This document shows, one piece after another, positions 33,903 to 46,056 of a stretch of DNA of 64,000 bases. Each line of letters starts with the position of its first letter. The first letter of the stretch is position 1. This DNA comes from an uncultured Actinomycetota bacterium (GTDB lineage: Bacteria; Actinomycetota; Actinomycetes; JAHEKZ01): positions 728,788-792,787 of the forward strand of contig CAVURN010000002.1 of assembly GCA_963743915.1 (NCBI GenBank). The letters are read 5' to 3'. A program made the position numbers and the translations under genes. The notes below the pieces were generated by a model that saw only the letters and a program-made list of their open reading frames with translations, ran no database searches and was not told the origin of the DNA.

Positions 33903-35060
33903 TCGCCGTCGCCTCCACTGTCGTCGGCCGCCGGAGCAGCACCAGGTCGTCGCGGTGGACGACCTCCCGCTCGTAGGCGGTGCCGAGCTGCTTGGCCAGC
34001 TCGCGCGTCGACCGTCCGAGCAGAGCGGGGAGCTCCACCGCGTCAAAGTTGACCAGTCCGCGGGCCACGGCGTCCCCGTTTTGGTCGACTAGGTCGACCG
34101 GATCTCCTGCCACGAAGGTGCCGTCGACGGCCGTGATGCCCGCGGGCAGCAGGGACGCGCGCCGTTCCACGACCGCACGGACGGCCCCGGCGTCCAGCAC
34201 CACGTGACCGTGGGGTGACGCGGCGTGCGCCAGCCACAGCAGCCGGGTGGGGATGCGTCGCCCCGTGGCGGCGAACCACGTGCCGACGTCCTCGCCGACC
34301 AGCGCCTCCCGAGCGGCGGACGCATGCGCCAGCACCACGGGCACACCGGCGCCCGCAGCGATGCGGGCGGCGGAGATCTTGGTGACCATGCCCCCGGTGC
34401 CCACCGCCGACCCGCGACGGCCGACCTCGACCGCGTCGAGCTCGTCCGGGTGCGACACGAGGGCGATGCGCTGGGCGCCCTTGCGGGTCGGCGGCCTGTC
34501 GTACAGCGCGTCGACGTCGGACAGGATCACGAAGAGGTCGGCGTGCACCAGGTGCGCCACCAGCGCCGCGAGTCGGTCGTTGTCGCCGAACCGGATCTCC
34601 TCGGTGCCCACCGTGTCGTTCTCGTTGACGACCGGGAGCGTGCCCATCTCGAGCAGCCGGTAGAGCGTGCGCTGCGCGTTGCGGTAGTGGGCGCGGCGCA
34701 CGACGTCGTCCGCGGTCAGCAGCACCTGTCCGACGGTGATGCCACGAGCGGCGAAGGCCTCGGTGTAGCGGTGCACCAGCAACCCTTGGCCGACGCTGGC
34801 CGCAGCCTGCTGGGTGGCGAGGTCGCGGGGCCGCGCCTTGAGGCGCAGAGGCTCGAGCCCGGCCGCGATCGCTCCCGAGGTCACGAGCACGATCTCGACT
34901 CCGGCGGAACGCCGGTCGGCGAGGACGCCGGCCAGCGCGGTGACCCGGTCCCCGTCCAGGACGCCGGACGCATCGTCAGCGACGACGACCCGACCTTCAC
35001 GACCACCCGACGGGCACCCGCCACCGTCTCTGTCCGGCCGGCGCGACGCGTCGGACTCAC
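33895..35060 (-). CDS. proB: Glutamate 5-kinase, frameshift near 34975
   Basis: [37 protein letters not shown] domain. Confidence 0.95.
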
Positions 35061-36426
35061 TGGTCCCGCTCCCACGCCTCGACCCGGCGATCGGTCCCCC
35101 GCGGGCTGCGCAGCTGCTCGGCACCTGCCTCGAGCTGCGGGGCGAAGTCGAAGACCACGCCGTCCTCGTCGCTGCCGATGACTACCTCGGCGCCGGGCTC
35201 GGCCCCCTGCTCGACCAGCGCCTCCTCGACCCCCAGCCGCGCGAGCCGGTCGGACAGGTAGCCGACGGCCTCGTCGTTGCTGAAGTCGGTCTGCCGCACC
35301 CAGCGCTCGGGTTTCCGCCCACGCACCCGGAAGCGTCCGTCCTCGACCGTCACGGTGAAGCCGGCGTCGTCGACCGGCGTCGGGCGCAGCACGATCCGGG
35401 TCGCCTCCGGCTCGGGCAGGGCAGCCCGGTACTGCTCGACGATCTCGGCGAGCGCGAACCCGAGCGCGCGCAGACCCTCGTGGCTGACGGCGGAGACGGT
35501 GAAGACGCGCCAGCCCGCCTCCTCGAGCTCGGGGCGCACCAGGTCGGCCAGCTCGCGTGCCTCCGGGACGTCGACCTTGTTGAGCACGACGACGCGGGGA
35601 CGGTCGGCGAGACCGCCGTACGCGGCGAGCTCGCCCTCGAGCACCGCGAGGTCGGTGACCGGGTCGCGGTTCGGCTCGAGCGTGGCGCAGTCGAGTACGT
35701 GCACCAGCACCGCGCACCGTTCGATGTGCCGCAGGAACTCGTGGCCGAGTCCCTTGCCCTCGCTGGCACCGGGGATGAGCCCGGGCACGTCGGCGATCGT
35801 GAAGCGCGTGGACCCGGCCTCGACCACGCCGAGGTTGGGTGACCGAGCGTCGTGAAGGGGTAGTCGGCGATCTTCGGGCGCGCCGCCGACACCGCAGCGA
35901 CCAGGCTCGACTTGCCGGCGCTCGGGAAGCCGACCAGCCCGACGTCGGCGACCGTCTTGAGCTCGAGGACGACGTCGGTCTCGACCCCGGGCTCGCCGAG
36001 CAGCGCAAACCCCGGCGCCTTGCGACGCGGCGACGCCAGGGCGGCGTTGCCCAGGCCGCCGGCTCCGCCCGGCGCGATGACCCACCGGGTGCCGTCGCCG
36101 GTCAGGTCGGCGATCTGGACGCCGTCGACGCCGACGACGACCGTCCCGTCCGGGACGGGCAGCTCGAGGTCCTCACCGTCGGCGCCGCTGCGGTGCCCAC
36201 CCATGCCGGGCTTGCCGTGACCGGCCTTGCGGTGGGGGCTGTGGTGGTAGTCGAGCAGCGTGGTGACGTTGCGGTCGACGACGAGCGTGACGTCACCGCC
36301 GCGTCCGCCGTTGCCGCCGTCCGGGCCGCCGAACGGCTTGAACTTCTCGCGGTGGATGGAGGCGCAGCCGTTGCCGCCACGACCGCCGGCGACGTGCAGC
36401 ACGACACGGTCGACGAACGTGGTCAT
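35057..36426 (-). CDS. obgE: GTPase ObgE, frameshift near 35845
   Basis: [38 protein letters not shown]. Confidence 0.96.
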
Positions 36427-36522
36427 GCCGACCTGCCTCCTTCGTGCCTCTGACACACGAACGGGCCCCACCCGAGAGTCGAGCGAGGCCGCTCGGACTC
36501 ACTCGCTGGCGAAGCGTCGGGG

Positions 36523-36777
36523 CTACTCCGCCGGGACGACGTTGACGACGCGACGGCCGCGTCGGGTGCCGAACTCGACCGCACCGGCTGCCAGCGCGAA
36601 CAGGGTGTCGTCGCCACCGCGACCGACGTTGGCGCCGGGGTGGAAGTGGGTGCCGCGCTGACGCACGATGATCTCGCCGGCGTTCACGACCTCACCGCCG
36701 AAGCGCTTGACGCCGAGACGCTGCGAGTTGGAGTCACGACCGTTGCGCGTCGAGGACGCGCCCTTCTTGTGTGCCAT
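36523..36777 (-). CDS. rpmA: 50S ribosomal protein L27
   Basis: [16 protein letters not shown]. Confidence 0.98.
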   Translation of the reverse strand: MAHKKGASSTRNGRDSNSQRLGVKRFGGEVVNAGEIIVRQRGTHFHPGANVGRGGDDTLFALAAGAVEFGTRRGRRVVNVVPAE

Positions 36778-36786
36778 GGCTCCTGC

Positions 36787-37101
36787 TCACTTCCCCGCTG
36801 CGATGTCGGTGACCTTGACCTCGGTGTACTTCTGCCGATGGCCCTGACGCTTGCGGTATCCGGTCTTGTTCTTGAACTTCATGATGGTGATCTTGGGGCC
36901 CTTGGTGCCACCGAGGACCTCGGCGGTCACGGTGACGCCGGCCAGCTTCTTGGGGTCGCTGGTGACGGTCTCGCCGTCGACGACGAGGAGCGCGGGGAGG
37001 GTGATGGAGCTGCCGGGCTCGCCGGAGACCTTGTCGATCTGGACGACGTCGCCGACCGCGACCTTCTCCTGGCGGCCGCCAGCGCGGACAATCGCGTACA
37101 C
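36787..37101 (-). CDS. rplU: 50S ribosomal protein L21
   Basis: [13 protein letters not shown] ... [14 protein letters not shown]; fused to rne in the ORF track by an upstream indel. Confidence 0.96.
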   Translation of the reverse strand: MYAIVRAGGRQEKVAVGDVVQIDKVSGEPGSSITLPALLVVDGETVTSDPKKLAGVTVTAEVLGGTKGPKITIMKFKNKTGYRKRQGHRQKYTEVKVTDIAAGK

Positions 37102-37260
37102 CGCGAACTCCTCACGTCTCCGCCGTGGCGGCGACACACTCATGTGGAACCCCTCGGGCCCACGGGATGGGTCTGGCTGGATCGCAGTCGCCGGGCGGGC
37201 CCAGGCGCCTCGTGAAGAGGCGCACGCATGCGGATCCGGACGCGACAGCGCCGAGGCACC

Positions 37261-37290
37261 AGGGTACGGAGTGCCCCGGTGGCCGGTCAA
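37261..37290 (-). promoter_or_regulatory. Housekeeping sigma promoter of rplU-rpmA
   Basis: TTGACC-N18-TACCCT. Confidence 0.6.
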
Positions 37291-39666
37291 ACCAGGGTGG
37301 CGTCCGGCTCGACGTCCGCCGGTGGCTCGGTCGGAGCCTCGGGCTCGGCCCCGACCTGCGGTCGGCTCCGGGACCTCGGCAGCCGGTGCCTCCGTCGCCG
37401 ACTCCGCCGCGTGGGCCGCGGCGGTGGCCGTGGCCACCTTCGCCAGGGCCTCGCGCGCCCTCGCAGCCGCCTCGGGATCGACCTCGGGAGCGGCCACGCT
37501 CGCCTTGCCCCGACGACGCCGGGGGCTGCGCTCCTCGGACTTCTTGCCCCCGGAGTCCCCCGACTTCGGAGGCTCGACCGGGTCGAGGCTGACGTGACGT
37601 CCGCGTCCGCCGCAGGTCTCGCACGGGGTGGAGAAGGCCTCGAGCAGCCCCTGGCCCACCCGCTTGCGGGTCATCTGCACCAGACCCAGCGACGTGACCT
37701 CGGCCACCTGGTGCTTGGTCCGGTCACGGCCGAGGCACTCGACCAGCCGCCGGAGCACCAGCTCGCGGTTGCTCTCGAGCACCATGTCGATGAAGTCGAT
37801 GACGATGATGCCGCCGACGTCCCGCAGCCGCAGCTGACGGACGATCTCCTCGGCGGCCTCCAGGTTGTTCCGGGTGACGGTCTCCTCGAGGTTGCCGCCG
37901 GCACCGGTGAACTTCCCGGTGTTGACGTCGACGACCACCATCGCCTCGGTGCTGTCGATGATCAGGTAGCCGCCACTCGGCAGCCACACCTTGCGGTCGA
38001 GGGCCTTGGTGAGCTGCTCGTCGATGCGGTGCGCACTGAAGACGTCCTCGTCCCCGGTCCACTTCGAGAGCCGCTCAGCCAGGTCGGGAGCCACGCTGGT
38101 CACGTACTCCTCGACGGTGGCCCAGGCCTCGTCGCCGCTGATGACGAGCTTGGTGAAGTCCTCGTTGAAGACGTCCCGGATGACGCGGAGCGTGAGGTCG
38201 GGCTCCTCGTGCAGCAGCGCCGGCGCGGTGGCCGTCTCAGCCTTCTTGGCGATGGCTTCCCACTGCGCGGTCAGCCGGGCGACGTCGCGGCTCAGCTCTT
38301 CCTCACTGGCACCTTCGGCGGCGGTGCGCACGATGACGCCGGCGTCGTCAGGGACGATCTTCTTCAGGATCGCCTTCAGCCGCGCCCGCTCGGTGTCGGG
38401 GAGCTTGCGGCTGATCCCGGTCATCGAGCCGTCGGGCACGTAGACCAGGTAGCGGCCCGGCAACGACACCTGGGCGGTGAGGCGGGCCCCTTTGTGACCG
38501 ATCGGGTCCTTGGTCACCTGCACCAGGACGGCGTCGCCGGACTTCATGGCGTGCTCGATCCGGCGCGGCTGGCCGTCAAGGCCCGCGGCGTCCCAGTTGA
38601 CCTCACCGGCGTACAGGACGGCGTTGCGTCCGCGGCCGACGTCGGCGAAGGCGGCCTCCATGCTGGGCAGCACGTTCTGCACCTTGGCCAGGTAGACGTT
38701 GCCGACCATGGTCGACGCCGAACGCTGCGCCACGAAGTGCTCGACCAGGATGTCGTCCTCGAGGACCCCGATCTGGGTGCGGTCGCCCTGCTGACGCACC
38801 ACCATGACGCGGTCGACCGCCTCTCGGCGGGCCAGGAACTCCGACTCGGTGAGGATCGGCGGACGTCGCCGGCCCTGCTCGCGACCCTCGCGACGCCGCT
38901 GCTTCTTGGCCTCGAGTCGGGTCGAGCCCTTGACGCCGGAGATCTCGTCCGACGCCTTGCGCGGCTCACGGACGTGTACGACCGTGCGGTCCGGGTCGTC
39001 TCCCCCGCCGTCCTCGCCACCGCCCTTGCGGCGGCGCCTGCGGCGGCGACGCGAGGAGCTGCTCGAGCCCTCCTCACCGCCCTCTGACCGCTGCTCGGCC
39101 TCGTCCGTGGACTCGCCGCCCTCGCCGTCAGCCTTGCCCTTGCGGCCGCGGCCGCCACGGCGCCGACGACGGCGACCCGCCTCGGAGGACTCGTCGTCGG
39201 CCTCAGAGCCGCCGTCGGGCCCGGCCTCGTCACCGTCGTCCGTGGCCTTGCTCTCGCTCTTCTTCGTCGCCTTCTTGGCGGTCTTCTTGGCCGGCTTGCC
39301 TTCGGACGGGCACCGCCTCCGCCGGGTCCGGGGCCTTGAACAGCAGCGACGGCGCGCCCGCGGCCTCCGCCGCCGCAGCCTCGGCGGCGGCCTTCTTCGT
39401 CGTCTTCTTGGCCGCCTTCTTGGCGGTCTTCTTCGCCGGTGCCTCTGCGACTCGGGGCCTCGGCTCCTGCAGCCTCGGCGGCGGCCTTCTTCGTCGTCTT
39501 CTTCGCCGCCTTCTTGGCGGTCTTCTTCGCCGGTGCCTCTGCGGAGGCGCGCGTCGGCCGCCGCGGCGCTCGGCGGGCCCGCGGGTCGGGCGGCAGCCCG
39601 TCGGCGGGTGCGCGGAGTGGCGCTGGTCGTGGTGGGTTCGTTGGTCGTGGGCTCGTCGTCGAGCAT
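37287..39666 (-). CDS. rne: Ribonuclease E/G family, frameshifts in the disordered termini
   Basis: S1 domain ([20 protein letters not shown]), [32 protein letters not shown]. Confidence 0.93.
39388..39545. repeat. Tandem Lys/Ala-rich coding repeats in the rne N-terminus
   Basis: Two near-identical ~60-nt units encoding [24 protein letters not shown], plus a partial third near 39270. Confidence 0.75.
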
Positions 39667-39775
39667 CCGGGTACTCCCGTTCACACCCGGTCGGCGAACC
39701 GCCGGGCGAAGTCTTCGGCCCCGTGGGGGCGTGGTCGCCGACGCCCGGAATGGGTGCCAGCGTCGGTCTGGAGGC

Positions 39776-40560
39776 CTACCGCTGGGGCGGGGCTTCCGCG
39801 GCGACGGCACCAACGCTCGCTCGGTCGGCGGCCAAGGGATCGGCCACCGTCCCGGTCTCCTGCTCGAGGGGGCCTTGCGCCAGCCGGGTCACCAGGGGTG
39901 GGACCGGCGGCGTCAGGCTCGCCACCTCGTGCAGGGCGGTGAGGACGTCGTCGGGTCGTACGGCGGGTGTGGCGTGCCGTACCACCAGCCGCAGTATCGC
40001 ACAGGGGCGCCCGTCGGGGCGGTCCGCGTCCTCGACGGCGAGTCTCTCGATCGGTCCCCGGGCGTCGAAGCGACGCAGGCCCGGATTTCATCATCCGCTC
40101 GACCTCGACCTCGTCACGGGCGAGCAGGATCGCGACCGCCTCAGCCGCCTGACCTGCGGCGACGTCCGGAAGCTCGATCCGCCACTCGGACGCCTCGAGC
40201 CGGTCGGCGAGCGTCCCGGGCCCGGCCTCGACGACCTCGTCGACGTCCAGACCCGGGCGGCAGCGCGGCGTCCAGGGCCAGGCGGACCCGCTCGGGGTCG
40301 AGCCGCTCGGTGACCGAGATCTCGAGGTACTCGGCCTCGCTGGCCGCCCCCATGGCGGCGGCCCCGGCGTACGAGATCTTCGGGTGCGGGGTGAAGCCGG
40401 AGCTGTAGGCCATCGGCACCCCCGCCCGGCGCAGCGCGCGCTCGAGGGCCCGCTGGATGTCGCGGTGGCTGGTGAACCGAAGGCGACCGCGCTTGGCGTA
40501 CCGGACCCGCAGCTTCTGGACCGGCGGTGCGGTGTCCCGCGCCGGTGGCTGGCGGGCCAT
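39776..40560 (-). CDS. TIGR03936 / DUF2344 radical SAM-associated protein, frameshifted
   Basis: [35 protein letters not shown]. Confidence 0.85.
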
Positions 40561-42521
40561 CAGGCGCGCAGGCCCTCGACGCCGGCGCCCACGGCGGTGA
40601 GCGGGAGCAGCTGCTTGCCGGTGGGGCCGATCTCGATGTCGGTGCCCATCTGCGGGCAGACGCCGCAGTCGAAGCACGGGGTCCACCGGCAGTCCTCGAC
40701 CTCGACCTCGTCCAGCGCGTCCTGCCAGTCCTCCCAGAGCCAGTCCTTGTCGAGGCCGGAGTCGAGGTGGTCCCACGGCAGCACCTCGGCGAAGTCCCGC
40801 TCGCGGGTGGTGTACCAGTCGACGTCGACCCGCTCGACCGCTCAGCGCGTGGGTGGCGGCCTGCATCCAGCGCTCGAAGCTGAAGTGCTCACTCCAGCCG
40901 TCGAAACGGCCGCCGTCACGCCAGACCGTCTCGATCACCCGCCCGACGCGGCGGTCCCCGCGCGACAGCAGGCCTTCGACGATGCCCGGCTCACCGTCGT
41001 GGTACCGGAATCCGATGGCCTTTCCGTACTGCCGGTCGTCACGAAGAGCGTTGCGGAGCTTGCGCAGACGCGCGTCCGTCGTCTCGGCGTCGAGCTGGGC
41101 TGCCCACTGGAACGGCGTGTGCGGCTTGGGCACGAACCCGCCGATCGACACGGTGCACCGGATGTCCTTGCGGCCGGACACCTCGCGTCCGGTCTTGATG
41201 ACTTCCCGGGCGAGCGCGGCGATCTGCAGGACGTCGTCGTCGGTCTCGGTGGGAAGGCCGCACATGAAGTACAGCTTCACCTGACGCCAGCCGTTGCCGT
41301 AGGCGGTGGCCACGGTACGGATGAGGTCCTCCTCGGTGACCATCTTGTTGATCACCTTGCGGATGCGCTCGCTGCCACCCTCGGGCGCGAAGGTCAGCCC
41401 GGAGCGGCGTCCACCGCGGGTCAGCTCGTTGGCCAGGTCGATGTTGAACGCATCCACCCGGGTGCTCGGCAGCGACAGCGAGGTGTTGGTGCCCTCGTAG
41501 CGGTCGGCCAGCCCCTTGGCGACGTCCTTGATCTCGGAGTGGTCCGCGCTCGACAGCGAGAGCAGGCCCACCTCTTCGAAACCCGTGGCGTTCAACGCCT
41601 GCTCGACCATTTCGCCGATCCCGGTGATGCTGCGCTCGCGGACCGGGCGCGTGATCATGCCGGCCTGGCAGAACCGGCAGCCACGGGTGCAACCCCGGAA
41701 GATCTCGACACTGGCGCGCTCGTGCACGCTCTCGGCCAGCGGCACCAGCGGCTTCTTCGGGTAGGGCCAGGCGTCCAGATCGGTGACGGTGTGCTTGCTC
41801 ACCCGCCACGGGACGCCGGGGCGGTTCGGCACGACGCGCTTGATCCGGCCGTCGTCGAGGTACTCGACGTCGTAGAAGGCGGGCACGTAGACGCCGCCGG
41901 TCTGGGCCAGACGCAGCAGCAGCTGCTCCCGTCCACCGGGTGATCCCTCGGCCTTGAAGTCACGGATCACCCCGGTGATCTCGAGCGCCACCATCTCGCC
42001 GTCGCCGAGCACCGCGGCGTCCAGGAAGTCGGCGATCGGCTCGGGGTTGAACGCGGCGTGCCCTCCCGGCGATGACGAGCGGATCGGCGTCGGTGCGGTC
42101 GCGGGCGTGCAGCGGGATGCCCGCGAGGTCGAGGGCGGTGAGCATGTTCGTGTACCCGAGCTCGGTCGAGAAGGACAGCCCGAGGATGTCGAAGGCGCCG
42201 ACCGGTCGGTGGGCGTCGACCGTGAACTGCGGGACGCCGTGCTCGCGCATGAGCGCCTCGAGGTCGGGCCACACCGCGTACGTGCGCTCGGCGAGGACGT
42301 CCGACTGCTCGTTGAGCACCTCGTAGAGGATCTGCACGCCCTGGTTGGGCACGCCCGATCTCGTAGGCGTCCGGGTACATCAGGGCCCACCGCACCGTCG
42401 CGTCGTCCCACGGCTTGCTGACCGCGTTCAGCTCGCCACCGACGTACTGGATCGGCTTCTGCACCAGGGGGAGCAGCGCCTCGAGCCGCGGAAAGACCGA
42501 CTCGACCGTGGTGGCGGACAT
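40560..42521 (-). CDS. TIGR03960 family B12-binding radical SAM protein, frameshifted
   Basis: KPIQYVGGE, YPDAYE, GCTRGCRFC, FVPKPHTPFQW, C-terminal CRWTPCFDCGVC. Confidence 0.9.
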
Positions 42522-42586
42522 GCGTGAACCTCCGAGGGGCGGGTCATCCCAGGGTACGCGGACGACTCCGGCGCTCCCCAGTTGAT

Positions 42587-42635
42587 CTTGAGGTTGGGGG
42601 CAGACACGCCCGGCGTGTCTGCCCCCAACCTCAAG
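42587..42635. repeat. Perfect palindrome with 24-bp arms, type D copy 1
   Basis: CTTGAGGTTGGGGGCAGACACGCC-C-GGCGTGTCTGCCCCCAACCTCAAG. Confidence 0.9.
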
Positions 42636-42643
42636 CGGGTACC

Positions 42644-43825
42644 TCAGCGCAGGGCGCGACGCAGGTGCACGTTCTCCAGCAGGCCGATCGCCATCCAGTT
42701 GGCGAACATGCAGGTGCCGCCGTACGAGACGAAGGGCAGCGGCACGCCGGTGACCGGCATGATCCCGATCACCATCCCGATGTTCTGGAACATCTGGAAG
42801 GCGAACCAGCAGACGATGCCGGACGCCATGAGCGTGCCGAACAGGTCCTCGGCCAGCATGGCGATCCGGAGCGCGCGCCAGAGCAGCACGGCGAAGAGCA
42901 GCAGGATCGCCGCACTGCCCACGAAGCCGAGCTCCTCGGCGACCACGGTGTAGATGAAGTCGGTCTGCTGCTCGGGGACGAAGCCACCCGCCGTCTGCGT
43001 GCCCTGGAAGAGCCCCGCGCCGAGGATGCCTCCTGCGCCCACCGTGATCCGCGCCTGGTTCGTGTTGTAGCCGACCCCTTGAGGGTCGAGCTCAGGGTTC
43101 GCGAAGGCGAGCAGGCGGTCGATCTGGTACTCGTCGAGCACACCCACCTTGACAGCCACGACTGCGCCGACGACACCGATCACCAGCAGGACGGCCAACC
43201 AGGAGAGCCGGGTACCGGCGATGGCGAGGATGCCGAGGACGATCATCCCCATCACCACGGCGGTGCCGAGGTCGGGCTGCAGCATGACCAGACCGATGGG
43301 CAGCGCAGCGATCAGCAGCGCGAACCCGACATCGGGAAGCTGCGGTTCGGTCTCTCCATCCCGCCGTTCGGCGAGCAGCATGGCGAGACCCACGCACAAC
43401 GCGACCTTCATGAACTCCGACGGCTGGATCGAGAACCCGCCGGGGAGCGAGATCCAGGCCTGAGCTCCGTTGATCGTGACGCCGAGCGGTGAGATCACGG
43501 CGATCAGACCGATCACGGATGCCACGTAGACGAACGGGGCGTAGGCGCGCAGGGTGCGGTAGTCGAAGAGCATCGTGGCCGCACCCAGACCGAGGCCGAT
43601 GACCAGGTTGAGCAGGTGCCGCTTCAGGTAGGCCTGCGGATCCTCTCCGCCCGGCACGACGCGCGTGGCCGAGTAGACGAAGACCGCCCCCGCGACACTC
43701 AGTCCAAGGGCCGCCAGGAACAGCACCCAGTCGAGCCGTCGCAGCAGCGAGTCGCGCCCTGTTGCGCGTGACGCCAGCGACCGACGGCGGCGGGTGGGAA
43801 TCGTCTGCGGGTAGCCCAGGGTCAT
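42644..43825 (-). CDS. rodA: Rod shape-determining protein RodA
   Basis: QPSEFMK, QPDLGT, PEQQTDFI, PFVSYGG. Confidence 0.95.
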   Translation of the reverse strand: MTLGYPQTIPTRRRRSLASRATGRDSLLRRLDWVLFLAALGLSVAGAVFVYSATRVVPGGEDPQAYLKRHLLNLVIGLGLGAATMLFDYRTLRAYAPFVYVASVIGLIAVISPLGVTINGAQAWISLPGGFSIQPSEFMKVALCVGLAMLLAERRDGETEPQLPDVGFALLIAALPIGLVMLQPDLGTAVVMGMIVLGILAIAGTRLSWLAVLLVIGVVGAVVAVKVGVLDEYQIDRLLAFANPELDPQGVGYNTNQARITVGAGGILGAGLFQGTQTAGGFVPEQQTDFIYTVVAEELGFVGSAAILLLFAVLLWRALRIAMLAEDLFGTLMASGIVCWFAFQMFQNIGMVIGIMPVTGVPLPFVSYGGTCMFANWMAIGLLENVHLRRALR

Positions 43826-46056
43826 GGGGACCCCACCCCACGTCGGCGCCGACGGTCCTGTTTCGTGGACTTCTTCTGGTCGGTGGTCGCTGCTGGCAGA
43901 CCACTCTCGGACGAGCCGGGCAGCCCGTCGTCCTTGGGCAGATCGATGGTCCCGTCGGCGTTGATCTGTGGCAGGTCGGTGATGGGCCGCCCGTCCGGAA
44001 TGATGGCCTGCTTCGGGTCGAGTGCCATGCCTTCGATCCCGAAGATCGCCTTGTAGATCTCGTTGACGCTCGGCGCCGAGGTGCCCGACCCGGTGCCGCC
44101 TTCGGGCACCATCATCAGCACCACGTACTCCGGATCGTTCGCCGGCGCGTAGGACGCGTACCAGGACGTCGTCGCCTTGCCCTGCACCTGACCGGTACCG
44201 GTCTTGGCGGCGATGGGCAGCTCGTCCAACGGGAAGGTGGTGTACCGGTAGGCCGCCGAGCCGGACACCGGCACCTGGGCCAGGGCGTCCTGGATGTACT
44301 GCACGGTCGTGCTGGACGCCGGCAGCTCCCCCTGCTTCTTCGGCGCGAAGTCTTTGACGACGTCGCCGTTGGGCGCCACCACCGCGCGCGCCACCTGTGG
44401 CCGGTAGAGCGTGCCGCCGTTGCCGATCGCCGCGTAGGCCCGTGCCACCTGAAGCGGCGTCGCCAACACGTCTCCCTGACCGATCGCCGACAGGACCGCG
44501 TCACCGGGGCGGAACTGGTAGCCGTCAACGCACAGCTCCGCGTACAGCCTCTGCAGGTAGGGGTCGTTGGCCTCCGCCGGTGAAGCCTGCTCCTTGAAGT
44601 TGCAGTAGAAGTCCTTGTTGTCCTCCCAGTACTGCTGACGCCACTCGCGGTCGGGGACGCGGCCGTCCAGCTCGCCAGGAAGGTCGATCCCTGTCTCCTG
44701 CCCGTACCCGAAGCCGCGAGCGGTGTTCAGGAGGTACTCGGGTGCGTTCGCGCCCGCGTTCACCCCACCCTCGTTGACGTACATCTCGTAGGCGAGGCGG
44801 TAGAAGACGGTGTTGCACGACACCTCGAGGGCGCGCGCCAGGGACATGTACTCGTTCATCCCGGCTTCGAAGTTGGCGAACGTCTGGGTCGACCCCGGCG
44901 GTGTGAAGGAGCTGGAGCAGAGGTAGGGCCCGTTCAGGCTGTACCCGGCCGCGGCGGCGGCGGCCGTTCCGACGATCTTGAAGGTGGACGCCGGCGCGTA
45001 CTCGCCCGCGATGGCGCGGTTGATGAGTGGATACCGCGCCTTCTCGCTGGAAAGGCGCTTGTACTGCTGGTTGGAGACGCCGCCCACCCAGATCGACGGG
45101 TCGTAGTCGGGATAGCTGGCCATGGCGACGACGCGGCCGGTGTCGACCTCCATGACGATCGCCGCGCCGGTGTCCGCGGGGAAGGACTGCTCCTGGCCGT
45201 TGGCGCCGGGGGTGTGTGCGCGTTCGATGGCGGCCTTCAGCTGATCCTCGACCACACGCTGGACGTGGGAGTCGATGCTGGTGACGAGGTAGTTGCCGGG
45301 GACTGCCTCCCGCTCGGCCACGGTGCCGGTGACGTTCCCGGCAGAGTCCACGGCGAGCTTCTTGATGCCCGGTCGACCACGGAGGTACGAGTCGTACACC
45401 TGCTCGAGACCAGCTCGGCCGACGAGGTCGAAGCTGGTGTACGTGCTGCCCCGGCGTCCGTCCTGCTGCTCGGCCTCGGCGAGCTCGTCGGCGCTGATCG
45501 GCCCGATGTACCCGAGCAGGTGCGCGGCGTTGACACCGAAGGGCTTCGGATAGTCGCGGATCGCTGTCATCTCCGCGGTGACCCCAGGGAACTCCTCACC
45601 TCGCTCCATGACCTGCAAGGCCGTGTCGGCGGGGACGTCCTCGGCGACAGGGATCGGCTGGTAGGGCGAGCCGTTCCAGCAGATGGGAGGTTCGGCAGCG
45701 CCGGGCGAGCCACAGAGCGTGAGCTGGCGGTCGAGCTGGCGGTAGGGCACGCCGAGCACGTCAGCGAGCTTGCGCACCACCGCGACGCCGTCGTTCGGCA
45801 GGTCGAGGATGACCGAGCGGTCGACCGAGACGACGAGCGAGGTGCGGTTCTGCACCAGCGGACGCCCCTGGGCGTCGAGGATGGCCCCACGGACCGCGGG
45901 GGTGACGACCTCGCGGATGCGGTTCTCCGAGGCCGCCGCCTGGTACTCGGACCCGGCGACGACCTGCATGTACCAGAGGCGTCCGGCGAGGGCGGCGAGG
46001 AGCGACAGGACCAGCACCTGGAGCACGATGAGGCGCGTTCGCGAGCGGTTGGTCAC
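43822..46056 (-). CDS. mrdA: Penicillin-binding protein 2
   Basis: STFK, SCN and KTG transpeptidase motifs; within the mre cluster. Confidence 0.94.
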   Translation of the reverse strand: MTNRSRTRLIVLQVLVLSLLAALAGRLWYMQVVAGSEYQAAASENRIREVVTPAVRGAILDAQGRPLVQNRTSLVVSVDRSVILDLPNDGVAVVRKLADVLGVPYRQLDRQLTLCGSPGAAEPPICWNGSPYQPIPVAEDVPADTALQVMERGEEFPGVTAEMTAIRDYPKPFGVNAAHLLGYIGPISADELAEAEQQDGRRGSTYTSFDLVGRAGLEQVYDSYLRGRPGIKKLAVDSAGNVTGTVAEREAVPGNYLVTSIDSHVQRVVEDQLKAAIERAHTPGANGQEQSFPADTGAAIVMEVDTGRVVAMASYPDYDPSIWVGGVSNQQYKRLSSEKARYPLINRAIAGEYAPASTFKIVGTAAAAAAGYSLNGPYLCSSSFTPPGSTQTFANFEAGMNEYMSLARALEVSCNTVFYRLAYEMYVNEGGVNAGANAPEYLLNTARGFGYGQETGIDLPGELDGRVPDREWRQQYWEDNKDFYCNFKEQASPAEANDPYLQRLYAELCVDGYQFRPGDAVLSAIGQGDVLATPLQVARAYAAIGNGGTLYRPQVARAVVAPNGDVVKDFAPKKQGELPASSTTVQYIQDALAQVPVSGSAAYRYTTFPLDELPIAAKTGTGQVQGKATTSWYASYAPANDPEYVVLMMVPEGGTGSGTSAPSVNEIYKAIFGIEGMALDPKQAIIPDGRPITDLPQINADGTIDLPKDDGLPGSSESGLPAATTDQKKSTKQDRRRRRGVGSP

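Noticed and set aside
36787-39813. Apparent 1008-aa RNase E-L21 fusion
   Set aside because: An indel near the rne 3' end bypasses the stop at 37287; rplU has its own promoter, RBS and GTG at 37101
40141-42411. Apparent fusion of the radical SAM protein to the DUF2344 protein
   Set aside because: The true C-terminus (LPWDHLD..CFDCGVC) is in another frame ending at 40560, where the partner ATG overlaps the stop; indel artefact
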